Below, one piece after another: positions 28,472-42,563 of a DNA stretch of 64,000 nucleotides (positions are counted from its first letter, which is position 1; each line of letters begins with the position of its first letter). Origin of the DNA: the human T2T-CHM13v2.0 reference genome, Homo sapiens; the NCBI RefSeq assembly GCF_009914755.1, contig NC_060927.1. One strand, 5' to 3'. The notes beneath the pieces were generated by a model. It saw only the letters and a list, made by a program, of their open reading frames with translations. It ran no database searches and had not been told where the DNA came from. The position numbers and the translations under genes were made by a program.

Positions 28472-28633
28472 GTATATACATATATGTGTGTGTACATATA
28501 TACACATACATATATATACATATACGTACATATATACATATATATGTACGTAGAGATGGGGTATATACGTATACGTACATATATATACATATATATGTAC
28601 ACAGTAAAATAGTATACAGTAAAATAGTATACA
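28472..28633. repeat. Complex (TA/CA/TACG)n microsatellite plus a 15-bp duplication
   Basis: tatatacatatatgtg... runs; acagtaaaatagtat x2. Confidence 0.9.
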
Positions 28634-29754
28634 GCCTTCAAAAAAGGAGACCCTGCTATTTGCAACAACATGGATGAACCTGGAGAACATTATGCTAAGT
28701 GAAATAAGCCAGGCACAGAGAGGCATACACTGTATCACTCTTATATGTGGAAACTAAAAAACAGTCAAATACATAGAAACAGAGAGAGGAATGCTGGTTA
28801 CCAAAGTTGGAAGGTGGGGAGAAATGGGGAGGTGAAGGTCAAAGGGTAAAGAGTTGCAGTTGTGTAGGATAAGTAGAGATCTAGTGTACAGCATAAGGAC
28901 TACTGTGAATAATATTTGTACATATACTAAAAATTTGCTAGGGGAGTAGATTTTAGGTGTTCTTAACAAAAAAAAAGATAACTATGTGAGACGACAGATG
29001 TGTCAACTGGCTTGACAGTAGTAATCATTTCACTGTGTCTATGTGTATCAAAACATCATGTAACCTTAAATATATACAATCAGAAAAAAAGAAAACAAAA
29101 GCATATTTATCTCTGAGTTGATAGATTACAAGTCATATTCAACACATTATTTGCTATTCCAAATACAAACCTAGCATTTTTCGTTGTGTCTTATTCACAT
29201 TGTTCCTTTCACCTTGCCCATGACTTTCTCTACTCTGCAGACTCTGAATGTCCCAAACTTACCTTCTGTCCATAAATAATTCAAATGCCACCTCCTAGAT
29301 TAAGACTTCATTCTTTGAGGTGGAAGGTAAGGGAGAAATGTCCCTTTGTGTTCCATTATCATTTTGCATGTACATATACGTGAATTCTGTTAAACTGCAG
29401 GCTCTTAGGGAAGATATCACTCATACCAGAAACTTTCCTATCACCTACTCTGATGACCTTCATGTATGTAGTAGGTTCACAGGAAATGTCTTATGTCAGT
29501 TTTTTCAGTTAACAAACTAACTAATAAAATGTGAGAATTCAACCTGAGATCAGTGAGCTTTACTTACTTAAGGAATTCTAGTTCAGGATTTATCAATCAA
29601 ATATTTAAAATTCTATTAGAATTTTCCCTCACTCAAAGTATGATTCCTATGGATGAGGGGTTGTTTACCCAGCAGACTAAGTTTTGCCTACTTATTGGGT
29701 CAATTAGTTGGCGAGGATGAGGCACTCACTTTCTGCACGTTTTATATCCTTAAG

Positions 29755-30045
<291 letters not shown>

Positions 30046-31659
30046 CTATGAAGCTCTCTGCACATGTGTTTTTCTGTGATGCTAAGCTCAGCTTTTTTTT
30101 TTTTTTTAATCATTTCCTAACAGTAAGCAATAGTGGAAAACCCCATTTGTACCCACCAGTATGTTCCAGCTGCATGATCTCTGTTGTCTTGTTCTGAATT
30201 CTTACCCTTTCCTATAAGTGAGGCCAGAAGGTTTTTGCAGAGAAGCTCTGAGCAAGTGACTGATGCTAGCAATTCTTATCAGATTCACTCATTGAGGGCA
30301 CCATGTGGGCAATGGCTGCAGAGCTTTTCAGTGTGTTTGCACTTCTAGAATCAGCAAACAGATGAGGGAGGAGCCCAGAACAGCTGGTGGAGAAAATAAG
30401 AGCAGGTGGGTTCAGAGAAAAAGGGTTGTTTTTCTTTCAAAAGCTAGTACATTGCAGGCATGCTATGAAGGGATTGTGGAGTGGGAAGTGACTGCAGCCA
30501 AGAGACTGCTGGAACAAGAGGCACAAAGCTTGGGTATGAAGCCTGACTTCACTACTTACTAAATGGGTGACCTTGGCTTAGTCACCCAATGAGGCTAATT
30601 CTCTATTTCCTTACCGTAATCAGAAGAAATTATTGTTCTGTAGGCTTTATAGCAATGTTCTTAAACTTAAAGGGGCTAGCGGTCTTGTTAAATGTGAATT
30701 CTAGCTCAGTAGGTCTGTGTGGGGCATTTCTAACAAGATTCGGGTGATACAGATGTGCTGGTTTGTATCATTTTATATAACAAGGCCACACTAGATTGAA
30801 GAGGAGACTAAATGAGGTAAGGGATAGGGAAAAGCTTTATAAACTGTAATGCATTTTTTTTAAAAGTGATTTTATGATTAGCAATAATAAAAACAGGTGC
30901 TTTCTATTTAGTACAGCATTTCCTAGGATTGTTTGCCCCCCACACTACCCTGAAGATCTGAACTTCTTTTTAAGGGCTTCCCCACCCTCCCCCGCCTCTC
31001 AGTTAGTTCTCAATATGGTTGGTTCCAGCCCAAGGGCTGACTTCTCCTGCTGACAGAAGCAATGGGATCAGCATTTTCCAGAAGGCAGCAGGCTAATGTG
31101 GTGATTTAGCAATGCAATGATTCCCCAAAGGTTACTAGAGGGGCTCTGAGGAACCTTGTAGAAAAACACACAGCTCTCTTAAATGAAAGATGGTCTGAGT
31201 CTACAACAACTCTTCGAAGGTATACATTAGACTTGCATTGCTTTTGGAAACAGAATAGAAAGAATTTCACTTCTTGCAAACTACTTTGCATTTCTTGTCT
31301 CTCCCATCAGCAATCTGAGGCTCTTGCATCAGAAGAGAAATGCACATTCTCTAAGGGGAAATTATTGATACTGTCCCAAATTTCTGATATACAAGGGCAC
31401 TCACTGAAGGTCAACTCCCATCCCCAGTTTAGTATTCAGGAGGCACTTATTATTTCAACCTGGCAGAAGGCTCAAATGTTACTTGCCTGAAGGAGCTGGT
31501 TATGGCAGAAAGCACCCTATAATAGGGAGAAGGTGGACTGACTAGTCCCAGGAGTGTTGCCTTGCATATCTGAGATTTGACTGTGACAGAAGCCACTGGT
31601 CAGGAGACATGGGCCATGAAGATGGAGATGTACTGTGGCCTCACCAAAGTTCATCTCCA

Positions 31660-32140
31660 ACATTCTCACTTTCACTGACTTCACTGGCTTCCTTGATGCT
31701 TTGCAAATATGCCAAGCACACGACTCCTTAGAGGACTTGCATTTGCTGTTCCCTCCATCTGAAATGCTGCTCTCCCAAATAGACCATTGTTTGCTCATTG
31801 CTGCTCCCTTGCCTAATTCAAGTGCTTGTGCAAATGTTGCCTCTTCAGTGAGGTCTTTCATGACCTACCTAAGTAAAATTCTAAATTAATCCGCTAATGT
31901 CTCCTAAAATCCCCTGTCCCCTTGCCTGATCTTTTTTTTTTCATGATACTTGCCAACATCTGACATAAAATGTTCTATTTATTTGATAGTCTCTCTCCCA
32001 TCACAGAAGGTAAACTTCATAAACTCAGACAACTCTATTGGCTTTTGTTCACTGCTCTATATAAAGCAGTGCTTAGCACACAATAAGTCTCAAGAAATAT
32101 TGGTGAATTAACAAATCAATATTTTAATGAATTAACTAAT
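31660..32140 (+). mobile_element. L2 3' region
   Basis: ggacttgcatttgctgttccctc...ctcttcagtgaggtcttt...gtgcttagcacacaataagtctcaagaaatatt. Confidence 0.8.
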
Positions 32141-33849
32141 CAATTAATAAGAGGGTTATTAAAGTATTGAATCTCAGATAATGTGCATGCTCATCAAAAC
32201 TATATACTATATATGACCTCCTCTAACAAAGTTGTTTACTCAAAAATGTATTGTTCTGGACTAGGAGATAAATGAAGTCAGTATAACCAAGTTTTGTTTA
32301 TGTAGCTGTATAAGTTTATACAGGCCCTTTCCTAGCCTCAGTCTTTTATCACAAAATACAGGAATTACACCAGGTTCTAAGTCCCTTCTAAACACCAATA
32401 TCATATAATACCAAAAATAAGAATAGCAATGGCTGTATACACAACAACAATAATAAAAATATTTACTGAGTGTTAATATGCGTCAGACATTATCCTGAGG
32501 ACACAGAAGCCATAAAAGTGAGTAAACATAGACTTCATTCAATTCCATTGAACCTTACTCACTGACAGTGGGAAGAAGACAAAATACAAAAATTTAATGA
32601 ATCATTAAATATTAATCCAAATTCATACACTGAGCAGAAATGATGAATTTTTATATTCCTGTCAGCTTTATAATTTACCTTTGGTTCTCTGGAGATGTGA
32701 AACAGTTAGATACTTGCCAATGATGGTCAAATAGCAACAGATCTTCCCCCAAAAGGTGAGAATCACCTCCATTTTTCAAAAAGAAACCACAAAATACCAG
32801 TGAGAAGACCTTAGTTGTCAATACACCTCACCCTTTCAGAGTGCTCATCACATTGTTCACTTCCATTTTCAGTATTAGTCCCCTTTGACCCTTTCAGAAA
32901 AGTTCCGTATGTTAATGCTTTAAAGAGAGTTATATGTCATGAAAGAGTTGTCTTCCCTCTTTCTGTATAAAGATATGGGTGATAACTTTGTCTTAGCCAC
33001 TAAAAACCTGCCATCAGTGTTTCCCGATAAATCCTTATAACCCATTTGCAGCTTTCAGTTTTGTTTTTCCTTCTTATTCCTGGTTTCTAGTCCTCACCTA
33101 TCTCCAAATACCAGCCATGTCTTTTTCCTGGCTTCAAGTTTTACATCTCTCAGAGGAGGGTTTGGGCAACACATCATCCATGCCATTTGCAACTCTTTCA
33201 TTTTGTTATACCTTAGTGTTTTCTGCAACAAGGAAATCTCTTTAAACTTATCTACTCTTCCCTTTCCTACACGATTTCAAGTCATAGAAAAGGAATGAGT
33301 CAGTGGTAATCATGGCTCTCAAAAAGCTATACTTGAAACATCAGCACCACTGCTAGGTGTGAAAAATTCCAAGTAATAACTATTCGGTCATGGTGGGGTG
33401 CAATATATCCACGCCTACACGCTTATTTCTATTTTATAAAAGAAGAGCACAATGATCTAGGACACGTTACAAATATTGCATAATTTCTAAATGCAAATCA
33501 ATCAAAATCAACACATCTGTTCCTCTTCAGCCACACTAGCAGAAAGTCACCACTCTAACAAAATAAGCCATCACCTGCAGTACTTGGAAAGAGGTGCATT
33601 TCTCAATTTATCCTGAGCTTGACCTCCCATTCCAATTAATTTTGTGTAGTCAACTCTAATGAAATATTAGATCACTCAGTAAGTATTCAGAAGTAGTGCA
33701 GAGACATGCAAAAGCCCTGATGTAAGGCTTGATGCAAGATCTTGATGTAAGTTCTCTCTCCAGCACTCTCTGAGCTTCTAGTTCCTCATCTTTAGGAGGA
33801 AGGCCTGAGAGACAATGTCCCATGCTGGAGTAAGTTATTTCATCATACC

Positions 33850-34200
33850 TAATCATTTCATTGTATCCTTCTCTTAAGAGATATTAACAGATGAAAACTG
33901 CAATTACCCTTGCTGAATCCCTGAGATGCTCCCATCACCTCTAACACAAGATAGAACCCAAATCTCTCCTTTCTAAGTGGAAAGAAAAACTACAGTACTT
34001 CTTACAAAATCACTTCAGATGCCTGAGGGTGGTAATTAGCACGTTTCCAGAGCTCTCTCTTTTTCAGGTTAAGCAACGTCAGTTCTCTTAACCTGCCATT
34101 AAAGTGCTCATTTTATATACATACTCTGTCTATTTTTATGAGCTTCTTCTAAACTGCAGTCCAAAAATGGACACAATGCTTTAACAATATCCAAGTAATA
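33850..34200 (-). mobile_element. Probable L3/CR1 relic
   Basis: ctctttttcaggttaagcaacgtcagttctcttaacc...cagtccaaaaatggacacaatgct resembles reverse CR1. Confidence 0.45.
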
Positions 34201-34570
34201 TAACATATAAACAAAGATCACATTCATAAAACCAGAAAATTGGGCTTTTCTTAGAAAAAATTAAATTGTAGCCACAGTTATTGAAATTTAAGGCTCACTA
34301 TATTTAATGTGTTCATATAAAGTAAAATTAGAATTTTACTTAGCAATAAAACAAATCCAAATAAAGTCCTGTCACATCATAATAAAAAGATACATTTCAT
34401 TTTTAAAGATTTGTCACTGAAACTGAGGCAAGGATGGAAGCAATAACTCTGACCACCATATCTCCTTGTTTTATGTTTAACTACTTAACATGTTTGAGCA
34501 GATACATTATTAAAGGCATTTGAGGCCACAAAAGAGTCAAACTTCCTTGAAATGTTAGTACTGTACAATA

Positions 34571-35409
34571 TGAAAACCAGAAATAAAATTCTAAGGCCTC
34601 CAACAACTTATAGAACCCTTCTTGGCTAAAAGCATTCCAAATAAACCTGGAACTCTAGTTTAGGCCATGATGGGAAGAGGGGGGTCGGACATGCCTCATT
34701 ATACATTGCTCCTTTGGAATTCAGGCACAACTGACCAGCATTAACATTCAAACAGAGATCTTAAGATTGACAAAATAGACTCTTTGTAGCAATAAAATTC
34801 CAACATGACTGGTAGCAGGCCCTGAAAGAAATTGAAGTATGTTACTCCAAAATATATTTTTTTGACATATTTTGAAATGGCCCTGTAAAGCTGTCTCTTG
34901 TAAGGAAATCTACATTATGTAGAGAATCCTCTTCCCTTTTCTGATCTTTTCCCTAGTCCAGGAGATAATTCACTAAGAGGAGTCTGGCACCTTTTTAAGT
35001 CTGATAAAAGCTCAGATGCCTGGTACCTGGAGGTTTCATTTGCATGATAAAACCCCTTGGTTTCCACAACCCTTTATCTTAACCCAGACACTCCTTGCTA
35101 TTGATTCCAGGTGTTCAGATAATAACTGTTTCAAGCAATTGTCAATCAGAAAATCTTTGAATCTACCTATGACCTGGGAGCCCTGCCCCTTTGAGTTGTC
35201 CTGTCTTTCCAGATGGAACCAACATACATCTTACAGGTATTGACTGATGACATGTCTCCCTAAAACGTATAAAACCAAGCCGTAGCCCGACCACTCTGGG
35301 CACATGTTCTTGGTATCTCCTCTGGCTATGTCATGGGTTATGGTCCTCATATTTGGCTCAGAATAAATTTAATCAAATATTTTACACAGTGAAACTCTTT
35401 TCATCAACA
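34571..35409 (+). mobile_element. MER4-family (MER4D/E-like) ERV1 solo LTR
   Basis: TG...CA ends; start aaaccagaaataaaattctaag; end cagaataaa...caaatattttacacagtg..actcttttcatcaaca. Confidence 0.85.
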
Positions 35410-35697
35410 AGCAGTAGTAACTTTAAACACCACATTAATTATTTTTCAAAGAATTCATGTAAAAATATTGTGCTGACAGAAAAACAGCAACCAAGAGAAT
35501 TTTAGGCACCTCCCATATCAAATGAAGTTCTACTTGCTGCGATCTTTACTCTGACTGTGGTATAGCGGCAAGAAAACTGGTCTCAGAGACCATAATTATA
35601 GTCCTGATTTTGTGATTGAGCAAGACACATCTTTTATGAAAATAATTTTATTTTATGAAAAAAGGCATATTATATTCATTATCTGTAAAGTTAGATT

Positions 35698-36250
35698 ATT
35701 TTTTAAATTATATATTTAAAGTATACAACATGATGTTTTCATATATAGTGAAATGATTACTACAGTCAAGCCAATTACCATTTCCATCATCTCAGATAGC
35801 ATTTTTTTGTAAGAGCACCTAAAATCTGCTCTTAGCAAATTCCCAGTATATAATACAATACAATGTTATTAACAATAGCCCTCATTCTGTACATTAGATC
35901 TTCAAACTTATTCATCCTACATAACTGAAACTTTTTACCCTCCCTCCCTTAGCACCTCCCACCACAACTCTAATAACCTGGTAACCACCATTCTACTGTC
36001 TATTTCTATGTATTCGACTTTTTAAAAAATATTCCACGTATAAGTGAGATCATGCATACTTTCCTTTCTGTGTCTGGCTTATTTCCCTTAATGGGATGAT
36101 CTCCAAGTTCATCCATGTTGTCACAAATGTCAGGCTCTCCTTTCTTAAAGGCTGAATTGTAGTTTATTATATATATACCACAGTTTCTTCATCCATTTAC
36201 CTTTCTATGGACACTTAGGTTGTTTCCATATCTTGGCTATTGTGGATAAT
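35698..36250 (-). mobile_element. L1MA/MB 3' end
   Basis: Reverse 3'UTR (aagtgagatcatgca..., tctggcttattt); taaagttag on both flanks. Confidence 0.85.
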
Positions 36251-36449
36251 TCTAAAGTTAGGTAATGGAACTAAGGTTTCTCCTAGCTTTGTGATCACAA
36301 ACAAATGTGCTATAAGTGTTAGAGAAATTCACCTTGAAAATATACATAGAACTAAATACCTACATTATGTAAGTTGAAAACTTTCTTATAGCCTTCTTAT
36401 TTAAAAAGAGAATGACTAATAGGGTAATATTCATGCCCAAATGTAAAAA

Positions 36450-36763
<314 letters not shown>

Positions 36764-37583
36764 CTAGTCTAAGTCATTTTAGGCAAAACTTTCAGAAATT
36801 TTAAAGAGTTGATTACATATAACTATCCACCTTAATTATTTAAATAACAATATATGTTATTAGTATTTTCTCTACATTGCTCAGGCTTTGAGAGTTGCAG
36901 GAGATTCCAAACTGATTACCAAAAGATGGTATTTCGTTCTATACCTGACAAAGTCTGTTTAATATTTAAATAAAACGGTACATAAGAAACACTTATAATC
37001 TATAAAGCATTTTAAATATGCTGTTTTTATATTCCCTCTATCTTTTCAGCAAAGTTAATCCCTTATCCTATAATTTTGGAATTGTGTTTTATCTTCCTTA
37101 TACAGGCATACCTTACAGATATAGTGGGTTGGGTTCCGGACAACCACAATAAAGTGAATATTGCAATAAAGCAAGTGACACAAATTTTTTGGCTACTAGT
37201 GCATAGAAAAGTTATATTTACATGATACTACAGTCTATTAAGTGTATAAGAGCATTATGTCTAAAAAATAATGTACACACCTTAATTTGAAAACACATCA
37301 TTGCTAAAAAATTGCTAACAATCATCTGAGCCTTCAGCAATTCGTAATCTTTTTGCTGGTGAAGAATCTGGCCTTGATGCTCATGGCTGCTGATTGATCA
37401 TGATGGTAGTTGCTGAAGATTGGGATGGCTTTAGCAGTTCCTCAAAATGAGACAACACTCAAGTTTGTCACATCGATTGACTCTCCCTTTCACAAAAGTT
37501 TTTTATAGAATATGATACTGTTTGATAGCATTTTACCCACAGTAGAACTTCTTTCAAAACTGGAGTAAATCCTCTCAAACCCT

Positions 37584-37779
37584 GTGATATGGTTTGGTTC
37601 TGTGTCCCCACCCAAATCTCATCAGTAATTTTAATCCCCATAATCTTCACATGTCAAGGGAGAAACCTAGTGGGAGGTGATTGGATTGTAGGGACAGTTT
37701 TTCCTCCATGCTGTTCTCATTATAGTGAGAGAGTTCTCAGGAGATCTGATGGTTTTATAAGTGTTTGACAGTTCCTCCT
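37584..37779 (+). mobile_element. THE1/MST MaLR LTR 5' half, truncated
   Basis: tgatatggtttggttctgtgtccccacccaaatctcatc...gagatctgatggttttataag. Confidence 0.88.
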
Positions 37780-37930
37780 ACAGGATTGCATGACTGTGCC
37801 CAGCTAATTTTTAAAAATTTTTTTGTAGAGACAAGGTCTCACTGTGTTGCCCAGGCTGGTCTCAAACTCCTGGACTGAAGCAATCCTCTTGTCTTTGCCT
37901 CCCAAAGCACTGGGATTATAGACATAAGCC
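37780..37930 (-). mobile_element. AluJ fragment (left arm plus linker) fused to the LTR
   Basis: cccagctaattttt...gtagagacaaggtctcactgtgttgcccaggctggtctcaaactcctgg...cctcccaaagcactgggatta. Confidence 0.88.
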
Positions 37931-40264
37931 AAAGTCTTGAAACCTTCAAAGTTATTCATGAGGATTGAAATCAACTCCTTCCAAACTACTGTTAATGTTG
38001 ATACTTTGGCCTACTCTTACGAATCATAAATATTCTTAATATCATCTCAAATGATGACTCCTTTCCAGAAGATGTTCAATTTACTTTGCCCAGATCCATC
38101 AGAGGAATCATTATCTACAGCAAGTAAGCCTTATGAAATATATTTCTTAAATAAAAAGACTTGAAAGTCATAATTACTCTTTGATCCATAGCTATTTGAT
38201 CCATAGCTATAGGATGGCTGTTGATCATTCATGGATCATAACTGTTTGATCCATGGCTGCAGAATGGCTGTTGTGTTAGCAGGCATAAAAACAACATTAA
38301 TCTCCTTGTATTTCTCCATGAGAAGTCTTGGATGACCAGGTGCATTGTAAATGTGCAGTAATATTTTAAAAGAAATCTTTCTTTTTCTGGGCAGTAAGTC
38401 TCAATAGTGGGCTTAAAATATTCAGTAAGCCATCCTTTAAACAAATGGCCTTTCATCAAGGATTTGTTGTTCCATTTATAGAACACAGGCAGAGTATATT
38501 TAACATAATTCTCAAGGGCCCTACTATTTTCAGAATGGTGCATGAGCATTGGCTTCCATTTAAAGTCACCAGCTGCATTAGCCCCTAACAAAAAAGTGAG
38601 CCTGTCCTTTGAAGCTTTGAAGCCAGACATTGACTTCTTTCTCACTATGAAAGTTGTAGTTGGTATTTTCTTCAATAGAAGACTATGAAGTCTCCATTGA
38701 AAATCTGCTGTTTAGTGTAGCCACCTTTGTCAATTATCTCAGCTAGATATTTTTGTATAACTTGCTGCAGCTTCTACATTAGCACTTGCAGCTTTTCCTT
38801 GTGCACTATGTTACAAAGATGGCTTCTTTCCTTAAACCTCATGAACCACCCTCTGCTAGTTTCTAACTTTTATTGTGCAGCTTCCTCATCTCTCTCAGCC
38901 TTCACAGAATTGAAGAGAGAGCCTTGCTCTGTATTAGGCTTTGGCTTAAGGAAATGTTGTGACTGATTTGATCTTCTATCCAGATCACTACAACTTTCTC
39001 ATCAGCAATAAGGCTGTTTCATTTCCTTATCCTTCCTGTGTTCACTGGAGTAGCACTTTCAATTTCTTTCAATAATTTTTCCTTTACATACACCACTTGG
39101 CTAACTGTTTAGGGCAAGTGGCCCAGCTTTCAGCGTATTTCAGCCTTCAATATGCCTTCCTCACTAAGTTTAATCATTACTAGCTTTTGATTTTAAGTGA
39201 GAGACATGTGACTCTTCCTTTCACTTGAACATTTAAGGGCCATTTTAGGGTGACTAATTGGCTTAATTTTAATATCTTCGTGTCTCAGGAAATAGGCCTG
39301 AGAAGAGGGAGAAAGATGGGGAACAGACAGTCAGTCAGAACACACACAAGAATTAACAGGTGAAATTCTGTTTGAGAAGTCAATTATGTCTACAACACTG
39401 GAAACAGATTTTGGTGTGATATATTCTCTAGTAACTTTAAATTTGTTTCTCTTCCTTCAGCAGTCAGAACACATACAACATTTATGGATTAAGTTGTTGT
39501 CTTATGTGGGCATGGCTTGTGGCACTCCCAAAACAATTACAATAATAGCATCAAATATTACAGATCACCATGAAAGTTATAATAATAGAATAACTTAAAA
39601 GACTGTAAGAATTACCAAAATGTGACACAAAGACCTGAAGTGAGCACGTGCTTTAGAAAAATGGTGCCAATAGACTTGCTCAACTCTCGGTTTCCACAGA
39701 GCTTCAATATGCGACGCATGCAACATCTGCAAAGTACAATGACACGAGGCATCCCTGTATAATTTTTAAGCCATGTTGCTTTCTACACTAGATCAACCAT
39801 GTCTTATAATAGGAATTATCTTAACTACAGTGATTAACATAGTGCCTGATTCTTTACAATTATTCATTTTTTGGTTAAATGAAGGAAAACAAACAAATTT
39901 AAAGTAACTAGAGAATATATCACAACAGAATGTGCTTTAGGTGCTGTAGACACAATTGGTTTCTCATACAGAATTTCATCTGTTAATCCTTAGCCTCCCT
40001 TTAAATACACACATTCCTTCCAAATACAATACAAAAATGTAGTGAATAGGAGACTTCATTAGTTCCTTTTCAGTGGTTAAAAGATGAAGTTTTGGCATTT
40101 TCTTTAAAATAATTCATTGAAATTATATATTCAAAATATGTATATTATTTGGGCCCACTATTGGTAAGACTTATGATTTAATAATCTAAACTCAATGATA
40201 TCCTTAAATAAATAATAATCTCATAATTTAAACTCTAATAATCACATGCTTTTATAAACTGGAA

Positions 40265-40435
40265 AAAAGTCTCTGGATCATCTTTTCTTTCGCCCACCTC
40301 ATATTACCAATGACGTAACAGAAGCACATGAGGCAAAGCGACTTTGCCAAGGTCACGTTAAGTCACCGACTGACCGCCGAACAGCACCCGGATGAATTCC
40401 AGATCACCCGGCTCCCCGCCCAGTGCCACTTCCTT
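40265..40435. mobile_element. MIR-derived, CpG-rich element
   Basis: MIR-like core (aagcgactttgccaaggtcac...cagatcacccggctccccgcccagtgc) with 10 CpGs. Confidence 0.6.
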
Positions 40436-41404
40436 CCTTTCTGTCCTCTCCAATTTACTCATCTAGAACTAACTGACCAAGCAGAAACAATTGGGAGTAG
40501 TCAGGCCTCTATTAATAACAACTTGCTTGTCATATAGTACAATATCGTTTACAAAGCACTTCCCAAATACTTTCTCTCCTTGAATCCCCGCCGCAAGAAC
40601 CCCAGATGCAAGATATTTACCTCCGCTTACAACACACTAAGGCCTAGAAAGATAAAATGAAATGTCCAAGGTCACAGAGCTAAACTTGAACCCTGACCTT
40701 TTTACAACATATCTAGTTTTCTATACATAAATCCACAGCAATTTTTGTTACAGAGATAGAATCAAAGAAAAAGAATTATTCACTATAATCCCATTAAGCC
40801 AAGATTCTAAGGCGACTTCACCAATAGATTTGTGAAGTGTTTATTAATATAGAAGATGATTTCAAAAGAATGTTAATACTAACCAGATGAATAACCCATG
40901 CAAAAGTAACAGATGAATTGTTGAGGAAAAGGACAAGACAGTCACAGAAATGAATGTCCAGAAAATGGATTCACACATCAAGGACAAGAAAGGCCTTCAT
41001 TACCCATTTATTTCAGTTTCCGCTTTTGAGTTGAGGAAACTGAAACATCTCTAACCTCAGGCCTCAAGAAGCAGAAATCCCAGGTTATCTTCAACAACAA
41101 AGGTTGTAATAGTTGTAGCTCCAGAAATGCCACCCTTTGAACTGATGCAGAAGTCTCTTTTTTGGGACTCACAAAAGGTCCTGAGAAGTGCAATCTCAGT
41201 CACTAATGCCAGGGGTGTAACTAATGACAAGGCTGTACTTAGAATGCAAGGAGGTGTTCAGAGCTGGCTTCATGGGAGCTGACCGAGAATGGCACATCCA
41301 GTCTTTGTCAAGAAGGAAGAGAACCAGAAGACAGGTCACAACACAGATACACAAATAATAATAAAGAATCATGCTGTTCCCCATTGTTCAAGAATGAGAA
41401 CAAT

Positions 41405-42197
<793 letters not shown>

Positions 42198-42399
42198 AAT
42201 AGGATCCGTTATTTAGAGGGCTCTAACAGCCTAGGGTGAGAGATGAAAGGCGTTTCAAAAGTGAAAGAAGGAAATCTTGAAGCATGTGTGTTACATGTAC
42301 ATCATCCCTGAGACTTTAGCTACTTTATGCCTCAGATATAATGAAAAGTGCTATAAAAATTAAATAAACAAAGATTTTATGTTAATATATTGAGGGCTT

Positions 42400-42563
42400 T
42401 ATAGTACTCACTCAATTTACCTTCTATTGTATACTTAACATGTGCCAAGTCACTGAAATTACAAAGCAGAATGACATAGTCCCTATAGAATTAACTCAAT
42501 TTACCTTCTATTATATGCTTAACATGTGCCAAGCCACTGAAATTACAAAGAAGAAGACAGCCC
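42400..42563. repeat. 84-bp tandem duplication within an L2-like relic
   Basis: actcaatttaccttctatt...cactgaaattacaaag at 42410 and 42494. Confidence 0.9.

Larger units (their letters stand above)
21500..29095 (+). mobile_element. Near full-length degraded L1MA-type LINE (C-rich 5'UTR, ORF1, ORF2, 3'UTR) with nested insertions
   Basis: ORF1 relic ~22.3-24.1 kb; ORF2 EN/RT motifs (aaagcccaggaccagatg, gatgcaaaaatc, caaggatgcc.actctcaccact, gcaggtgacatgatc); L1MA 3'UTR to ~29.09 kb. No intact ORF. Confidence 0.9.
37103..39757 (-). mobile_element. Tigger1 DNA transposon, near full length, dead transposase
   Basis: TA|caggcatacct ... gaggcatccctg|TA termini; ORF 38229-38675(-) reads GFKASKDRLTFLLGANAAGDFK, a Tigger1/TIGD1-like DDE region. 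Confidence 0.93.

Noticed and set aside
38229-38675. 148-aa transposase-like ORF
   Set aside because: Frameshifted remnant of Tigger1, not a domesticated TIGD gene.
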